Shown: positions 31,452-40,269 of the stretch, one piece after another
Layout: every line of letters starts with the position of its first letter
Numbering within the stretch: the first letter of the stretch is position 1
DNA from: Candidatus Latescibacterota bacterium
GTDB taxonomy: Bacteria; Krumholzibacteriota; Krumholzibacteriia; WVZY01; JAKEHA01
DNA: 64,000 nucleotides
Assembly (NCBI GenBank): GCA_963707635.1
Contig: OY970173.1
Coordinates: 2,944,001 to 3,008,000 of the forward strand
Direction of reading: 5' to 3'
Made by a program: the position numbers and the translations under genes
Notes under the pieces: generated by a model
Databases searched by the model: none
Seen by the model: the letters and a program-made list of their open reading frames with translations, nothing else
What the model was told of the DNA's origin: nothing

Positions 31452-32060
31452 TTACATTGCCGAGCGCTTCATCGTCAATTCGATCATCTTGACGTCCTTG
31501 CCATCCGGGCCCGGGCTGGACATTTCCATCGTCACCGTATTGTCGTCGACCAGCCTGGTCACGCTCTTCATCGTGACCTTCTTGCCAGTCATCGGGTCGA
31601 TGCTATCGCCGGTCATCGTCCACGTCGTCCCCTTGCCGTCGCACTGGCCGTGGGAGACCATGATGCCCGTCCCCATGTTGTCGATCCAGGTCATCACGTA
31701 TTCCTTCGCCAGGTTGTCGTAGGCCATGATGCTCATGCCTTCGAACGGCATGCCCATGAACGACCCCGTGATCTTCTCCTGCAGATAGCGACCGCCGAGG
31801 AGGAACTCGGCGGTGCGCTTGCCCGTCGACTCCGTCGGCGGCATCGAGGGGTCCATCCACATCTTGATCGTGTAGTCGAAATTCCCCGCCAGCTTCTTCA
31901 TGTGCTCGTGGTGCACGCCCGGGGTCATCGCCTGCATCATCGCCTGCTGGGCGGCAGCGTCCGTGGCGGGGGGCGCCTTCTTCTCGTCGCCTGCGAACGC
32001 GGTAATCACGAGTCCGCCGACCATGGTCAGGGTCAGCGCCGTACATACGAATCGCTTCAT
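31452..32060 (-). CDS. DUF1579-like exported protein
   Basis: Signal peptide; TPGVHHEHMKKLAG, LGGRYL, MPFEG, YDN, WIDNMGT. Confidence 0.8.
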   Translation of the reverse strand: MKRFVCTALTLTMVGGLVITAFAGDEKKAPPATDAAAQQAMMQAMTPGVHHEHMKKLAGNFDYTIKMWMDPSMPPTESTGKRTAEFLLGGRYLQEKITGSFMGMPFEGMSIMAYDNLAKEYVMTWIDNMGTGIMVSHGQCDGKGTTWTMTGDSIDPMTGKKVTMKSVTRLVDDNTVTMEMSSPGPDGKDVKMIELTMKRSAM

Positions 32061-32278
32061 TGGGTCACGCTCCGTGGAAGTAATGGCTGATTAGGATACC
32101 CGCCAGCTGCGGCCGCGGGTTCCCGGTCGCGACGGCTCGCTCTTCGATGTGTCGGTAGATGCCGCGCGGCCGCCCGGTGGGTGTCGGGACGGGTGTCACG
32201 ATAGCACACCGGCCGGGTGCCTTCAAGTTGAGGGCTTTGTCGTCGGCGGACGGCCGAATCCTGTGCTACCGTAGCCGC

Positions 32279-33010
32279 ATGAAACCGCTTCGGGACGCCA
32301 CCGGCGAAAACGCGCTCCCGGCCACCGGGCCGTCCCACGCCGACGGGCGTGTCACGGGATGGACCACGGCCGCGATGCTCGCAGTGATGTGGGCGGGTGT
32401 GCCCTGGGCAGCTCCGCTGGCCGCCGCGGCTCCGCTGGCGTGGGCGCTTCGCCGGGAGCGCGTCCCGCTGCGAGCCTCGCTGGTGACACGCTGGGTCGCC
32501 ACCGTCTGGATCGTCGGAGTCGTGTGCATCGGACTCATCGGAGCGCGCGCGGTGCGCACCGTTCCCTTTGGCCCGGCGGGATCCGGTGACGCGCGCGCCT
32601 GGATGGAAGGCGCGGGCGAGGCCCCGCCCGGGATATGGGTCATGCTGGCCGCGAGCGCGGGGGTCGCGATCGCCGCGGCGACCACGCGCGGCCTGCTCGG
32701 GTCCGTGGCGCTGGCGGGTGTGGTGCTGTGGACCGCGGTGACCGCGGGCGCGGTCTACGTCCGGTGCAACAACCTCTTCGAGGCAACCGTGGTGGCACTC
32801 CCCGCGTGGATGCTGCTCTGGGTGGCCGGCCTGACGATCGCACTCGCGCCGCTTTCCGCGTGGGGCCCGCCGCGGCGGCGCGACGCGGGAAGCGCCTTCC
32901 CCCGGCGCGAGCTGCTCGTCGCCGCCGCCCTGGTGGCGATGGCGGTCCTCGTCCGGCTGGGAGCCGCCGCCTTTTATACGGAGCTCGCGCGGCGATTGAC
33001 GGCTCGCTAG
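32279..33010 (+). CDS. Hypothetical integral membrane protein
   Basis: Several Ala/Val/Trp-rich hydrophobic segments; fills the gap between neighbours; start uncertain. Confidence 0.55.
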   Translation: MKPLRDATGENALPATGPSHADGRVTGWTTAAMLAVMWAGVPWAAPLAAAAPLAWALRRERVPLRASLVTRWVATVWIVGVVCIGLIGARAVRTVPFGPAGSGDARAWMEGAGEAPPGIWVMLAASAGVAIAAATTRGLLGSVALAGVVLWTAVTAGAVYVRCNNLFEATVVALPAWMLLWVAGLTIALAPLSAWGPPRRRDAGSAFPRRELLVAAALVAMAVLVRLGAAAFYTELARRLTAR

Positions 33011-33035
33011 AGAGTCGCTCGCCGGGTGCGGGGCA

Positions 33036-35264
33036 TCAGCAGCGCGAGTAACCGCACGCGCGACACACGGCGCACCCACCCTCGAATTCCAGCACGTTGC
33101 CGCACTCCACACAGTTGCCGGCCAGCCGCTCCGCGCGATCGTCGGCGGGCGCGGCGTCGCCTCCCGGCAACCGGTCGAGATGAGTTTCCAACGCCTGTCC
33201 GATCGCGTCGGCGCACGAGAGCACCTTGTGCCCCCGGTTCCAGGCCGGATACGGGCAGCGCACGCCGCGAAGCTGGCGCGCGACCGCGCGCGCGTCGACC
33301 CCGGAGCGCAGCGCCAGCGAAACCAGCCGCCCGATCGCTTCGGTCTGCGACGCGGCACAGCCCCCGGTCTTCCCGATGTGGGCGAAGAGTTCGAACGGGC
33401 CCTGGTGGGTCTCGTTGGTGGTGACGTAGAGATTGCCGCAGCCGGTCTCCATGCGCATCGTCTTTCCGTCGACCACCTCGGGGCGCGCGCGCGGCTGGAG
33501 GCGCCCGCCGTCGGTGCGCGGCGCCACCTCGGGCCCCGTGCTCAACACCTGGCGATCGCGACTCCCGTCGCGGTAGATGGTCACGCCCTTGCACCCCAGT
33601 TCGAACGCGCGCGCGAACACGGTCGCGACGTCGTCGCGGGTGGCGCCCTTCGCGAGATTGACCGTCTTGGAGACGGCGTTCTCGGTGTGGCGCTGGAATG
33701 CCGCCTGGATGCGAACGTGCCCCTCCGGCGTGACGTCGTGCGCGGTATGAAACACGCGCTGCCAGCGCTCCGGGACGCTGTCGACCCCGTGCGCGGTGCC
33801 GTCGCGCGCGATGCGCGCGACCAGGGCGTCGGTGTAGAAACCCTCCCGCTTCGCGACGGTTTCGAACAGCGGGTTCACTTCGACCAGCTCGGCGTTGTCG
33901 AGCACCCGGCGCCGGAAGGCGACGGCGAACAGCGGCTCCACGCCGCTCGACACGCCAGCGATGATGGCGATCGACCCCGTGGGCGCGATGGTGGTGACGG
34001 TGGCGTTGCGCCGGGCGGGCTCGCCCCGCCGCGCGTACGTGCTGCAATCGAAGTTCGCGAAGGCGCCCCGCTGCACCGCCAGCTCGCGCGACGCCTCCAC
34101 CGCCGACTCCTGCACGGCTTGCATCACGTGCTCGGCTACGGCCTCCGCCTCGGGCGATTCGTAGGCGATGCCCATCTCGATCAGGAGGTCGGCGAACCCC
34201 ATCACCCCCAGCCCGACTTTGCGATTCGCCTGCGTCATGGCTTCGATCTGCGGAAGCGGATAGCGGTTCGCGTCGATCACATCGTCGAGGAAGCGGATTG
34301 CGACGCGCGCGACCTCGCGCAGACGGACGGTGTCGACCTCGGCGCGGCCGCATTCTCCCCGCGCGAAGCGCGCGAGGTTGATCGACCCCAGGTTGCACGA
34401 TTCGTAAGGAAGGAGGGGTTGCTCGCCGCAGGGGTTGGTGCTCTCGATCGCGCCCGCGTCGGGCGTGGGATTGTCACGATTGATACGATCGAGGAAGACG
34501 ATGCCGGGTTCGCCGTTGTGCCATGCGCGCTCCACGATGCGCGCGAACACATCGCCCGCCCGGAGCGTCCCCGCGGCCGCGCCCGTCCGGGGGTTGATGA
34601 GGTCGTACGCGCCGTCGCCGGCCAGGGCGTCCATGAACCCGTCGGTCAGCGCGACCGAGAGGTTGAAGTTGTTGAGGCGGTCGCCCGCTGCCTTCGCGTC
34701 GATGAATTCCAGGATGTCGGGGTGGTCGACCCGCAGGATCGCCATGTTGGCGCCGCGGCGGCGGCCGCCTTGCCGGATGGTTTCCGTCGCCGCGTCGAAG
34801 ACGGTCATGAAGGACACCGGGCCGCTCGAGACGCCCTGCGTGCTTTGCACGACGTCGTTCTTGGGGCGCAGGCGCGAGAACGAGAATCCGGTGCCGCCGC
34901 CGCTCTTGTGAATGAGCGCCGTGTGCTTGATGGAGTCGAAGATCGACTCGATCGCGTCGGCGACCGGCAGGACGAAGCACGCCGAGAGTTGTTGGAGGGA
35001 GGTGCCGGCGTTCATGAGGGTCGGTGAGTTGGGCAGAAACTCCAGTCGGCGCATCAGCTGGAAGAAGGTCTCTTCCCAGCGGAGGCGGTCGTTTTCGCTC
35101 GCGCCGTAGCCCAGCTCGGAGCAGGACACGTTCGCGGCGACGCGCCGGAACATCTGGTCCGGGGTCTCGACGACCTCGCCGGCGGCGTTCCTGATCAGAT
35201 AGCGCGCCTCGAGCACACGCCGGGCGTTGTTCGTGAGTTCCGGTACTTCGTCGATGAGGAGCAT
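33036..35264 (-). CDS. nrdJ: Class II adenosylcobalamin-dependent ribonucleotide reductase with TSCPD-like domain and Zn-ribbon
   Basis: PNSPTLMNAG, LSACFV, GGGTG, RRGANM, TNPCGEQPL, CNLGSINL, TIAPTG, SKTVN, SCADA, CVECG...CRACGYSRC. Confidence 0.95.
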   Translation of the reverse strand: MLLIDEVPELTNNARRVLEARYLIRNAAGEVVETPDQMFRRVAANVSCSELGYGASENDRLRWEETFFQLMRRLEFLPNSPTLMNAGTSLQQLSACFVLPVADAIESIFDSIKHTALIHKSGGGTGFSFSRLRPKNDVVQSTQGVSSGPVSFMTVFDAATETIRQGGRRRGANMAILRVDHPDILEFIDAKAAGDRLNNFNLSVALTDGFMDALAGDGAYDLINPRTGAAAGTLRAGDVFARIVERAWHNGEPGIVFLDRINRDNPTPDAGAIESTNPCGEQPLLPYESCNLGSINLARFARGECGRAEVDTVRLREVARVAIRFLDDVIDANRYPLPQIEAMTQANRKVGLGVMGFADLLIEMGIAYESPEAEAVAEHVMQAVQESAVEASRELAVQRGAFANFDCSTYARRGEPARRNATVTTIAPTGSIAIIAGVSSGVEPLFAVAFRRRVLDNAELVEVNPLFETVAKREGFYTDALVARIARDGTAHGVDSVPERWQRVFHTAHDVTPEGHVRIQAAFQRHTENAVSKTVNLAKGATRDDVATVFARAFELGCKGVTIYRDGSRDRQVLSTGPEVAPRTDGGRLQPRARPEVVDGKTMRMETGCGNLYVTTNETHQGPFELFAHIGKTGGCAASQTEAIGRLVSLALRSGVDARAVARQLRGVRCPYPAWNRGHKVLSCADAIGQALETHLDRLPGGDAAPADDRAERLAGNCVECGNVLEFEGGCAVCRACGYSRC

Positions 35265-35331
35265 GGTTCCGTCCTCGGGTTGGTGGTCCGTCCGACGCCG
35301 CGACCCGCAAAACGCGGCGTCACGTCTAATT

Positions 35332-35349
35332 TAAGATACTATTATCTTA
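35332..35349. promoter_or_regulatory. AT-rich palindrome, candidate operator upstream of nrdJ
   Basis: TAAGATA-CTAT-TATCTTA in otherwise GC-rich DNA. Confidence 0.5.
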
Positions 35350-35540
35350 TTTCGGCCCAGGCGGCCACCAGTACCTGCTTTCCGCCAACGGGTCTCATTT
35401 CAACTTGTTAGACACCAGAGAGATAGCAACGTCCGTCGTGACTTGGCCCGGCGGCCACCGAAGGCGGTTTGTCCTGATTCTTGCTTGATGGCTACGCCAC
35501 TCCGGCCAGTCCCGCCCGCGGACGAGGACGAACGGGAAAC

Positions 35541-37094
35541 ATGCTTCATCTACGCATCATTTCGGGAAACTCGAAGGGCCGGTTCGTCGCGCTCGAACCG
35601 GGGAACCTTCCCTTGACCATCGGCCGCGACGTCGAAAACTCCATCGTTCTCGACCACACCGCCATCTCGCGTTTCCACTGCCGCATCACCAGCGAGAGCG
35701 GACAGTACTTCGTACAGGATCTCGGCAGCACCAACGGCACCTACTTGAACGGCCGCCGCATCTCGCGCGAACCGTTGAGCCCCGGCGACGAGCTGATCAT
35801 CGCCAACGTCGGCATCCTGGCCGAGGCATCGCACTCGACGATCCACGACTCGCGCCCCCCGCTCAACGTCACGGTGTCGATCGACGCCCAACCGAAGAAG
35901 TCGTCGGTGACCGTGTCCAATCCGGCCGAACAGAGCGGCACGCACGATTTCCTCGAGGGCCTCGGGGCCGACCCGCAGTCGGCGCAACGCGCGCTCCAGG
36001 TGCTCTACAAGGCGGACAGCGCGTTCCGCAACATCGAGGACCTGCAGCTCCTGCTCGACAACCTGCTCGCTCTCATCATGGAGAGCATTCCGGCCTCGCG
36101 CGGGTTCGTCTTCCTGCTCCAGCGCGACACGGGCGCGCTCATCCCCTACTCGCGCCTGCCGCTCGGGGACAACGCGGACGACGGCGAGCTGGTCGTGAGC
36201 CAGACCATCATCCAGACCGCCGTCCGCCAGAAATCGTCGATCATTTCGAGCGACGCGCTGGTCGACGAGCGGTTCCTCCATTCCCGCAGCGTCGCCGCGC
36301 TCGACGTGCGCAGCGCCATGTGCGCCCCGCTCGTCAATCGCAGCACCGTGCTCGGCCTCGTGTACGTGGATTCGCACAAGGCAAATTCGTTCACGCGCCG
36401 GGACCTGGCGCTCTTCTCGGCCCTGGCCCTGAAGGTCGGCATCGCGGTGGACAACGCCCGGCTCTACGACGACCTGCGCGGCCTCTTCTATAACACGGTG
36501 GAAACGCTCGTGCGCACCATCCAGGCCAAGGACCAGTACACGGCCGGTCATTCCACCCGCGTGAGCCGCTACGCGCTCATGATCGCGGACAAGCTCGGAA
36601 TGTCCACCAAGGAGAAGCACCAGCTCTACCTGGCCGCCATGCTCCACGACATCGGCAAGATCGGCGTGCCCGACGACCTGCTGAACCGCCCGGGCAAGCT
36701 GTCGCTCGAGGAAATGGAACGGGTCCGCAGCCACGTCCAGGTGGGTGCGTCGATGATCGAGATGCTGGGCGAGATGCACGCGATCGTGCCGCTGATCCGG
36801 CACCACCACGAGTGCTATGACGGGTCCGGCTATCCCGACGGGCTGCAGGGGGAACAGATACCGCTGATCTCGCGGGTCATCGCGGTCGCGGACATGTACG
36901 ACGCCATGACGTCGGACCGTCCCTACCGGAAACGCCGGAGTCACCAGTTCGCCGTGGAAGAGATATTGAACGCGAGCGGCATCAAGATCGACCCGCGGGT
37001 CGCGGAAGCGTTTCTCGACGTGCTCAAGGACATCGTTCCCGCCACCGAGAACGCGCCCACGTCCGAGGTGCCTAGCGGAACTCCAGCTCGCTGA
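35541..37094 (+). CDS. FHA-GAF-HD-GYP protein (putative cyclic dinucleotide phosphodiesterase)
   Basis: FHA: IGR...ISRFH...DLGSTNGT. GAF: SAMCAPL...GLVYVD. HD-GYP: GHSTRV, LHDIGK, HHECYDGSGYPDGL, DAMTSDRPYR. Confidence 0.93.
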   Translation: MLHLRIISGNSKGRFVALEPGNLPLTIGRDVENSIVLDHTAISRFHCRITSESGQYFVQDLGSTNGTYLNGRRISREPLSPGDELIIANVGILAEASHSTIHDSRPPLNVTVSIDAQPKKSSVTVSNPAEQSGTHDFLEGLGADPQSAQRALQVLYKADSAFRNIEDLQLLLDNLLALIMESIPASRGFVFLLQRDTGALIPYSRLPLGDNADDGELVVSQTIIQTAVRQKSSIISSDALVDERFLHSRSVAALDVRSAMCAPLVNRSTVLGLVYVDSHKANSFTRRDLALFSALALKVGIAVDNARLYDDLRGLFYNTVETLVRTIQAKDQYTAGHSTRVSRYALMIADKLGMSTKEKHQLYLAAMLHDIGKIGVPDDLLNRPGKLSLEEMERVRSHVQVGASMIEMLGEMHAIVPLIRHHHECYDGSGYPDGLQGEQIPLISRVIAVADMYDAMTSDRPYRKRRSHQFAVEEILNASGIKIDPRVAEAFLDVLKDIVPATENAPTSEVPSGTPAR

Positions 37095-37884
37095 TCGCCA
37101 CGTTCGCCCCGGATCCCTGAATCTCCAGCCGTATCGACGGCGCGCCGGTCACCGCCGGGTCCAGCTTGAACCGCTGCTCCTCCGACGTACTCGCCAGGTC
37201 CAGCGCCTGGGTCGCATCGCCCGCCACCAACCCGATCTTCGTGGGCCGGTCCTTTCCCGCCAGGCGCACGGTCAGCTCGCCCTTGCCCAGCCCGAACGGG
37301 TTGGGAAAGTCGAGGAACGCGCCGCTCGCCGGCGCCTGCCACACCGTGGCGGTGTCGCCGTCGAAGCACTTCCACACGTCGGCGGGCGCCGAGGACTCTC
37401 CGTTGAGCGCGACGAGCCCTTCGCGCTCGGGCCCCATGAAGGTGAACGCCTGGCCCTGGATCAGGTCCTGCGTCTTGCCCCCCTTCATGAACACGCGCAC
37501 GTCCCAGAGGCCGTCGTCGTTGAGTTCCAGCGCCTGGATCGAATCCGGCGCACCGTCCCGGAACAGCCAGTGCCAGGACACGAGGTCGGGCCCGGAAGGC
37601 ATGCTCTGCGCATACAGCACTCCGCCGCTCTTGCCGTCACCCGACTGGTACACCACCACCGTGGCGCGCCGGGCCGCGAGCTGGGCTGGGAACCGCTTCG
37701 CCTGCACGACCCGATAGCCTTTCGCCGCGATCGCCGCGGCAAACGGGGCGTTCTCGACCGTCACCGACGGTTCTGCAGCGACGGCGCCTTCCCCCTTCAC
37801 GGCTTCCGGCTTGGGTCCATTCGACTTGCCGCACGCGTGCAGCAGTACCAGGCCGCCGATCAGCAGCATTCTCCAGCATTTCAT
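37072..37884 (-). CDS. Hypothetical lipoprotein, possibly with a discoidin-like C-terminal domain
   Basis: Lipobox LHAC; LNDDGLWD Ca-binding-like loop; CFDGDTATVW...ISELEF. TTGACA-17-CAAGAT lies upstream at 37947-37975. Confidence 0.65.
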   Translation of the reverse strand: MKCWRMLLIGGLVLLHACGKSNGPKPEAVKGEGAVAAEPSVTVENAPFAAAIAAKGYRVVQAKRFPAQLAARRATVVVYQSGDGKSGGVLYAQSMPSGPDLVSWHWLFRDGAPDSIQALELNDDGLWDVRVFMKGGKTQDLIQGQAFTFMGPEREGLVALNGESSAPADVWKCFDGDTATVWQAPASGAFLDFPNPFGLGKGELTVRLAGKDRPTKIGLVAGDATQALDLASTSEEQRFKLDPAVTGAPSIRLEIQGSGANVAISELEFR

Positions 37885-38004
37885 GGTGTTTCCTGTCCTG
37901 AAGGTTGACGAGCGGTGCGGGCGTGCAACCGCAGATTCTGTCGGGAATCTTGCGCGAACGCGCCCGGGGTGTCAAGCGCCCCGACCGCGCCCTCGCCGGC
38001 CGCC

Positions 38005-39624
38005 CTAGGGCCGGTCGAGGTAGAGCATGTTCATGACGTTGGCAAGGCAGTCCGATCCCGGGGTGGCCAGCGACCTGGGACTGTCGGCATAGCCCCAGAA
38101 GAAGTAGACGACCGGGGTCCCGCCGGGGTTGTTGAACCGGAAATCGGCGAGCGTCCACCGGTTGTTGGGCCCCGTGCATACGATGAGGCGGGCGCAGTCC
38201 GTCGAGGCGTAGAGGTTCGCCCCGACCGGAACGGCGGCAATGCTGAAATCGGTGGTCGTCGCCGGCTTGTCGCAGAAGTTGATGGCTCCCCCGCCGACGG
38301 GATGCGGCGTCGAGAAGATGCGCGCGCTGCCGTCGGGCGCGTAGTAGTCGCCGTCGGGATCGGAGTTCGTGGCATGCGCCGCGCTGGTCGCCCCTACCAG
38401 CTGCAGAAACACCGCCCCACCCTTGCCGATCGCCATCACGTTGGCGCGGGTGAATGCGATCACCGCGGCGCGCGCCGGCTCGCCGTCGCCCCAGTTCGCG
38501 GGAAAGTCGCCGGTGTCGTCCGCAACGATGATGGTGTCGAACACGTCCATGTCGCGCCAGTCCAGGTCCTTCACCGGGATAGCCACTACCCCGCTGTATC
38601 CGAAGTCGTCGGTGTACTTCATCAGGGTTTCGATGTACTCGAGTGCGTATTTCCCACCGTCGGTGACGTAGGCCACGCGCTGGGAGACGAACGGGGCGTC
38701 GGAGGTGTCGAAGCCCAGCCAGCCCGCGCCGCTCACGACGCTGACCGTGTTGGTGGTGGCGTTGCGCGGCAGGCGGACCGTCAGCGCGCCCCACGACGCC
38801 GTCTCGATGGGAAGCGGCGTTGCCCCGATCCACGCCCGCGTGCCCGGAAAGTCGAGGTTCTCGCCGAGGATCGTGAAGGGCTCTCCCGGAATCGCCGCCC
38901 CGGGGTTGAAGCCGGTGACGTCGAGTGAACCCGACCCGCCCGCCACGTAGCCGAATTCCGGCCCGGCCGGCGTGCCGGCGGCGAACTGCGTACTCGGGAT
39001 GACGCGGAAGTAGTGCGAGCCAGGCGCCCGCTGGGTATCGAGAACGGTGTCGACAACCGTTTGTGCCCACTCGATCACACTAAAATTGGGCGTGGTACTC
39101 GACTGCACGCGATACCAGGCGGCCGCCGTCGCCGCGTTCCAGGCCAACGAGAAGGAGGATCCGGTGGGAACGACTTGCGGTGACACCGAGAGCGAGTCGA
39201 TCGTGAACGGGTAGGCGTCGATATTGATCGACGTGGTCTTGTCGGTCACAACGTCGACGTCCGTGTCCACGCCGTGGTGCGTCATGACGCCTGCCTCGAA
39301 CACCTCGACACTCACGCGCTTGCCGGTCTCCGCGATGCACGGAATCGAGAGCTCGATGGGTTCGGGCCCGGTCACCGCCGCGCCCTTGACGGCCTCCAGC
39401 GTGATCGCGCCGCCGCCGCGAAACACGCGGACCGCCACCGAGTCGGGCGACGCCGCGATCGACGACGGGACCATCGCGCTCATTTCCGGCGCGGACGCGG
39501 GCGCGGGTTGGAAGTACAGGACGACGCGACCGTTCGGGAGCACGGGCTCGCTCGGCGAGGAGCACGAGGCGAGTGCGGCGGCAAGCACGACCCAGCCCGG
39601 GCGGAACCCGTGAACGCGCGTCAT
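38005..39624 (-). CDS. Hypothetical lipoprotein with Fn3-like and IPT/TIG-like domains
   Basis: Lipobox LASC; LAWNA...WYRVQ...HYFRV; TGFNPGAAIPGEPFTILGENL; ATGA-coupled to the upstream gene. Confidence 0.7.
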   Translation of the reverse strand: MTRVHGFRPGWVVLAAALASCSSPSEPVLPNGRVVLYFQPAPASAPEMSAMVPSSIAASPDSVAVRVFRGGGAITLEAVKGAAVTGPEPIELSIPCIAETGKRVSVEVFEAGVMTHHGVDTDVDVVTDKTTSINIDAYPFTIDSLSVSPQVVPTGSSFSLAWNAATAAAWYRVQSSTTPNFSVIEWAQTVVDTVLDTQRAPGSHYFRVIPSTQFAAGTPAGPEFGYVAGGSGSLDVTGFNPGAAIPGEPFTILGENLDFPGTRAWIGATPLPIETASWGALTVRLPRNATTNTVSVVSGAGWLGFDTSDAPFVSQRVAYVTDGGKYALEYIETLMKYTDDFGYSGVVAIPVKDLDWRDMDVFDTIIVADDTGDFPANWGDGEPARAAVIAFTRANVMAIGKGGAVFLQLVGATSAAHATNSDPDGDYYAPDGSARIFSTPHPVGGGAINFCDKPATTTDFSIAAVPVGANLYASTDCARLIVCTGPNNRWTLADFRFNNPGGTPVVYFFWGYADSPRSLATPGSDCLANVMNMLYLDRP

Positions 39625-40235
39625 CGGATCGTCACCCCTACCGTGACGCCGCCCGACTCGGGCGGTGGGCCGGACCCGCCGTCGTCTCCGCCCGCCGCAG
39701 CGCCGGCCACGAGCAGCACCGCGGCCGCGCCCGCGTAGAGCCACCATTGCTTATAGACCGGCTTGCTCTTCTTCTCGGACGTGGTTGCCAACGGATCCGA
39801 CGACGAAGGAGACGCCAGCTCCCCGGAGGGCGGGGCATTCTTGATCAGCATTGCCGCGTGTTCGGAGCGCGCCTCGCCGTAAATATTCATGACGTCGAGC
39901 TTGAACACCGTCGGGTCGGGTCCGACGTAAGCGGGGTCCTTCGCTAGCATCTGCAGGAACACGTCCTTGCCCATGGCCGGCGCGCCACCAAGGATGTACG
40001 ACGCCGCCAGGAACTCGCGCGCGCGCGTCGCATCCGCCGGGGCGAGGTCGACGCGGGCCAGGAACGTCTGCAGCGATTCGATGGCCTGCTGGTACTTCCC
40101 GCGGAAGTAGTACTTGTATTCGATCTGCTTGAGATCGTCCGCCGGCACGCCGGCATGAACGACCCCCGGGGCGGCCATGGACGCCAGCATGACCGCGATC
40201 AGTACGAATGCCGTGGCTCTTCGAATGTCCATCAT
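39621..40235 (-). CDS. Exported TPR-like protein with C-terminal KPVYKQWW + hydrophobic segment
   Basis: Signal peptide, YYFRGKYQQAIESL helical repeat, basic-aromatic-hydrophobic tail. Start uncertain (40232-40262). Confidence 0.65.
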   Translation of the reverse strand: MMDIRRATAFVLIAVMLASMAAPGVVHAGVPADDLKQIEYKYYFRGKYQQAIESLQTFLARVDLAPADATRAREFLAASYILGGAPAMGKDVFLQMLAKDPAYVGPDPTVFKLDVMNIYGEARSEHAAMLIKNAPPSGELASPSSSDPLATTSEKKSKPVYKQWWLYAGAAAVLLVAGAAAGGDDGGSGPPPESGGVTVGVTIR

Positions 40236-40269
40236 GAAGTCCATGGGTTGCGTGACCTCCATGCCTTGC

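Noticed and set aside
33036..35264. Intein or intron in nrdJ
   Set aside because: The length and motif spacing look continuous, with no intein-like or homing-endonuclease insert.
35265..35540. Cobalamin riboswitch upstream of nrdJ
   Set aside because: No recognisable B12-box or GGGAA...GCCACTG core was found on the minus strand by eye. An Rfam scan would be decisive.
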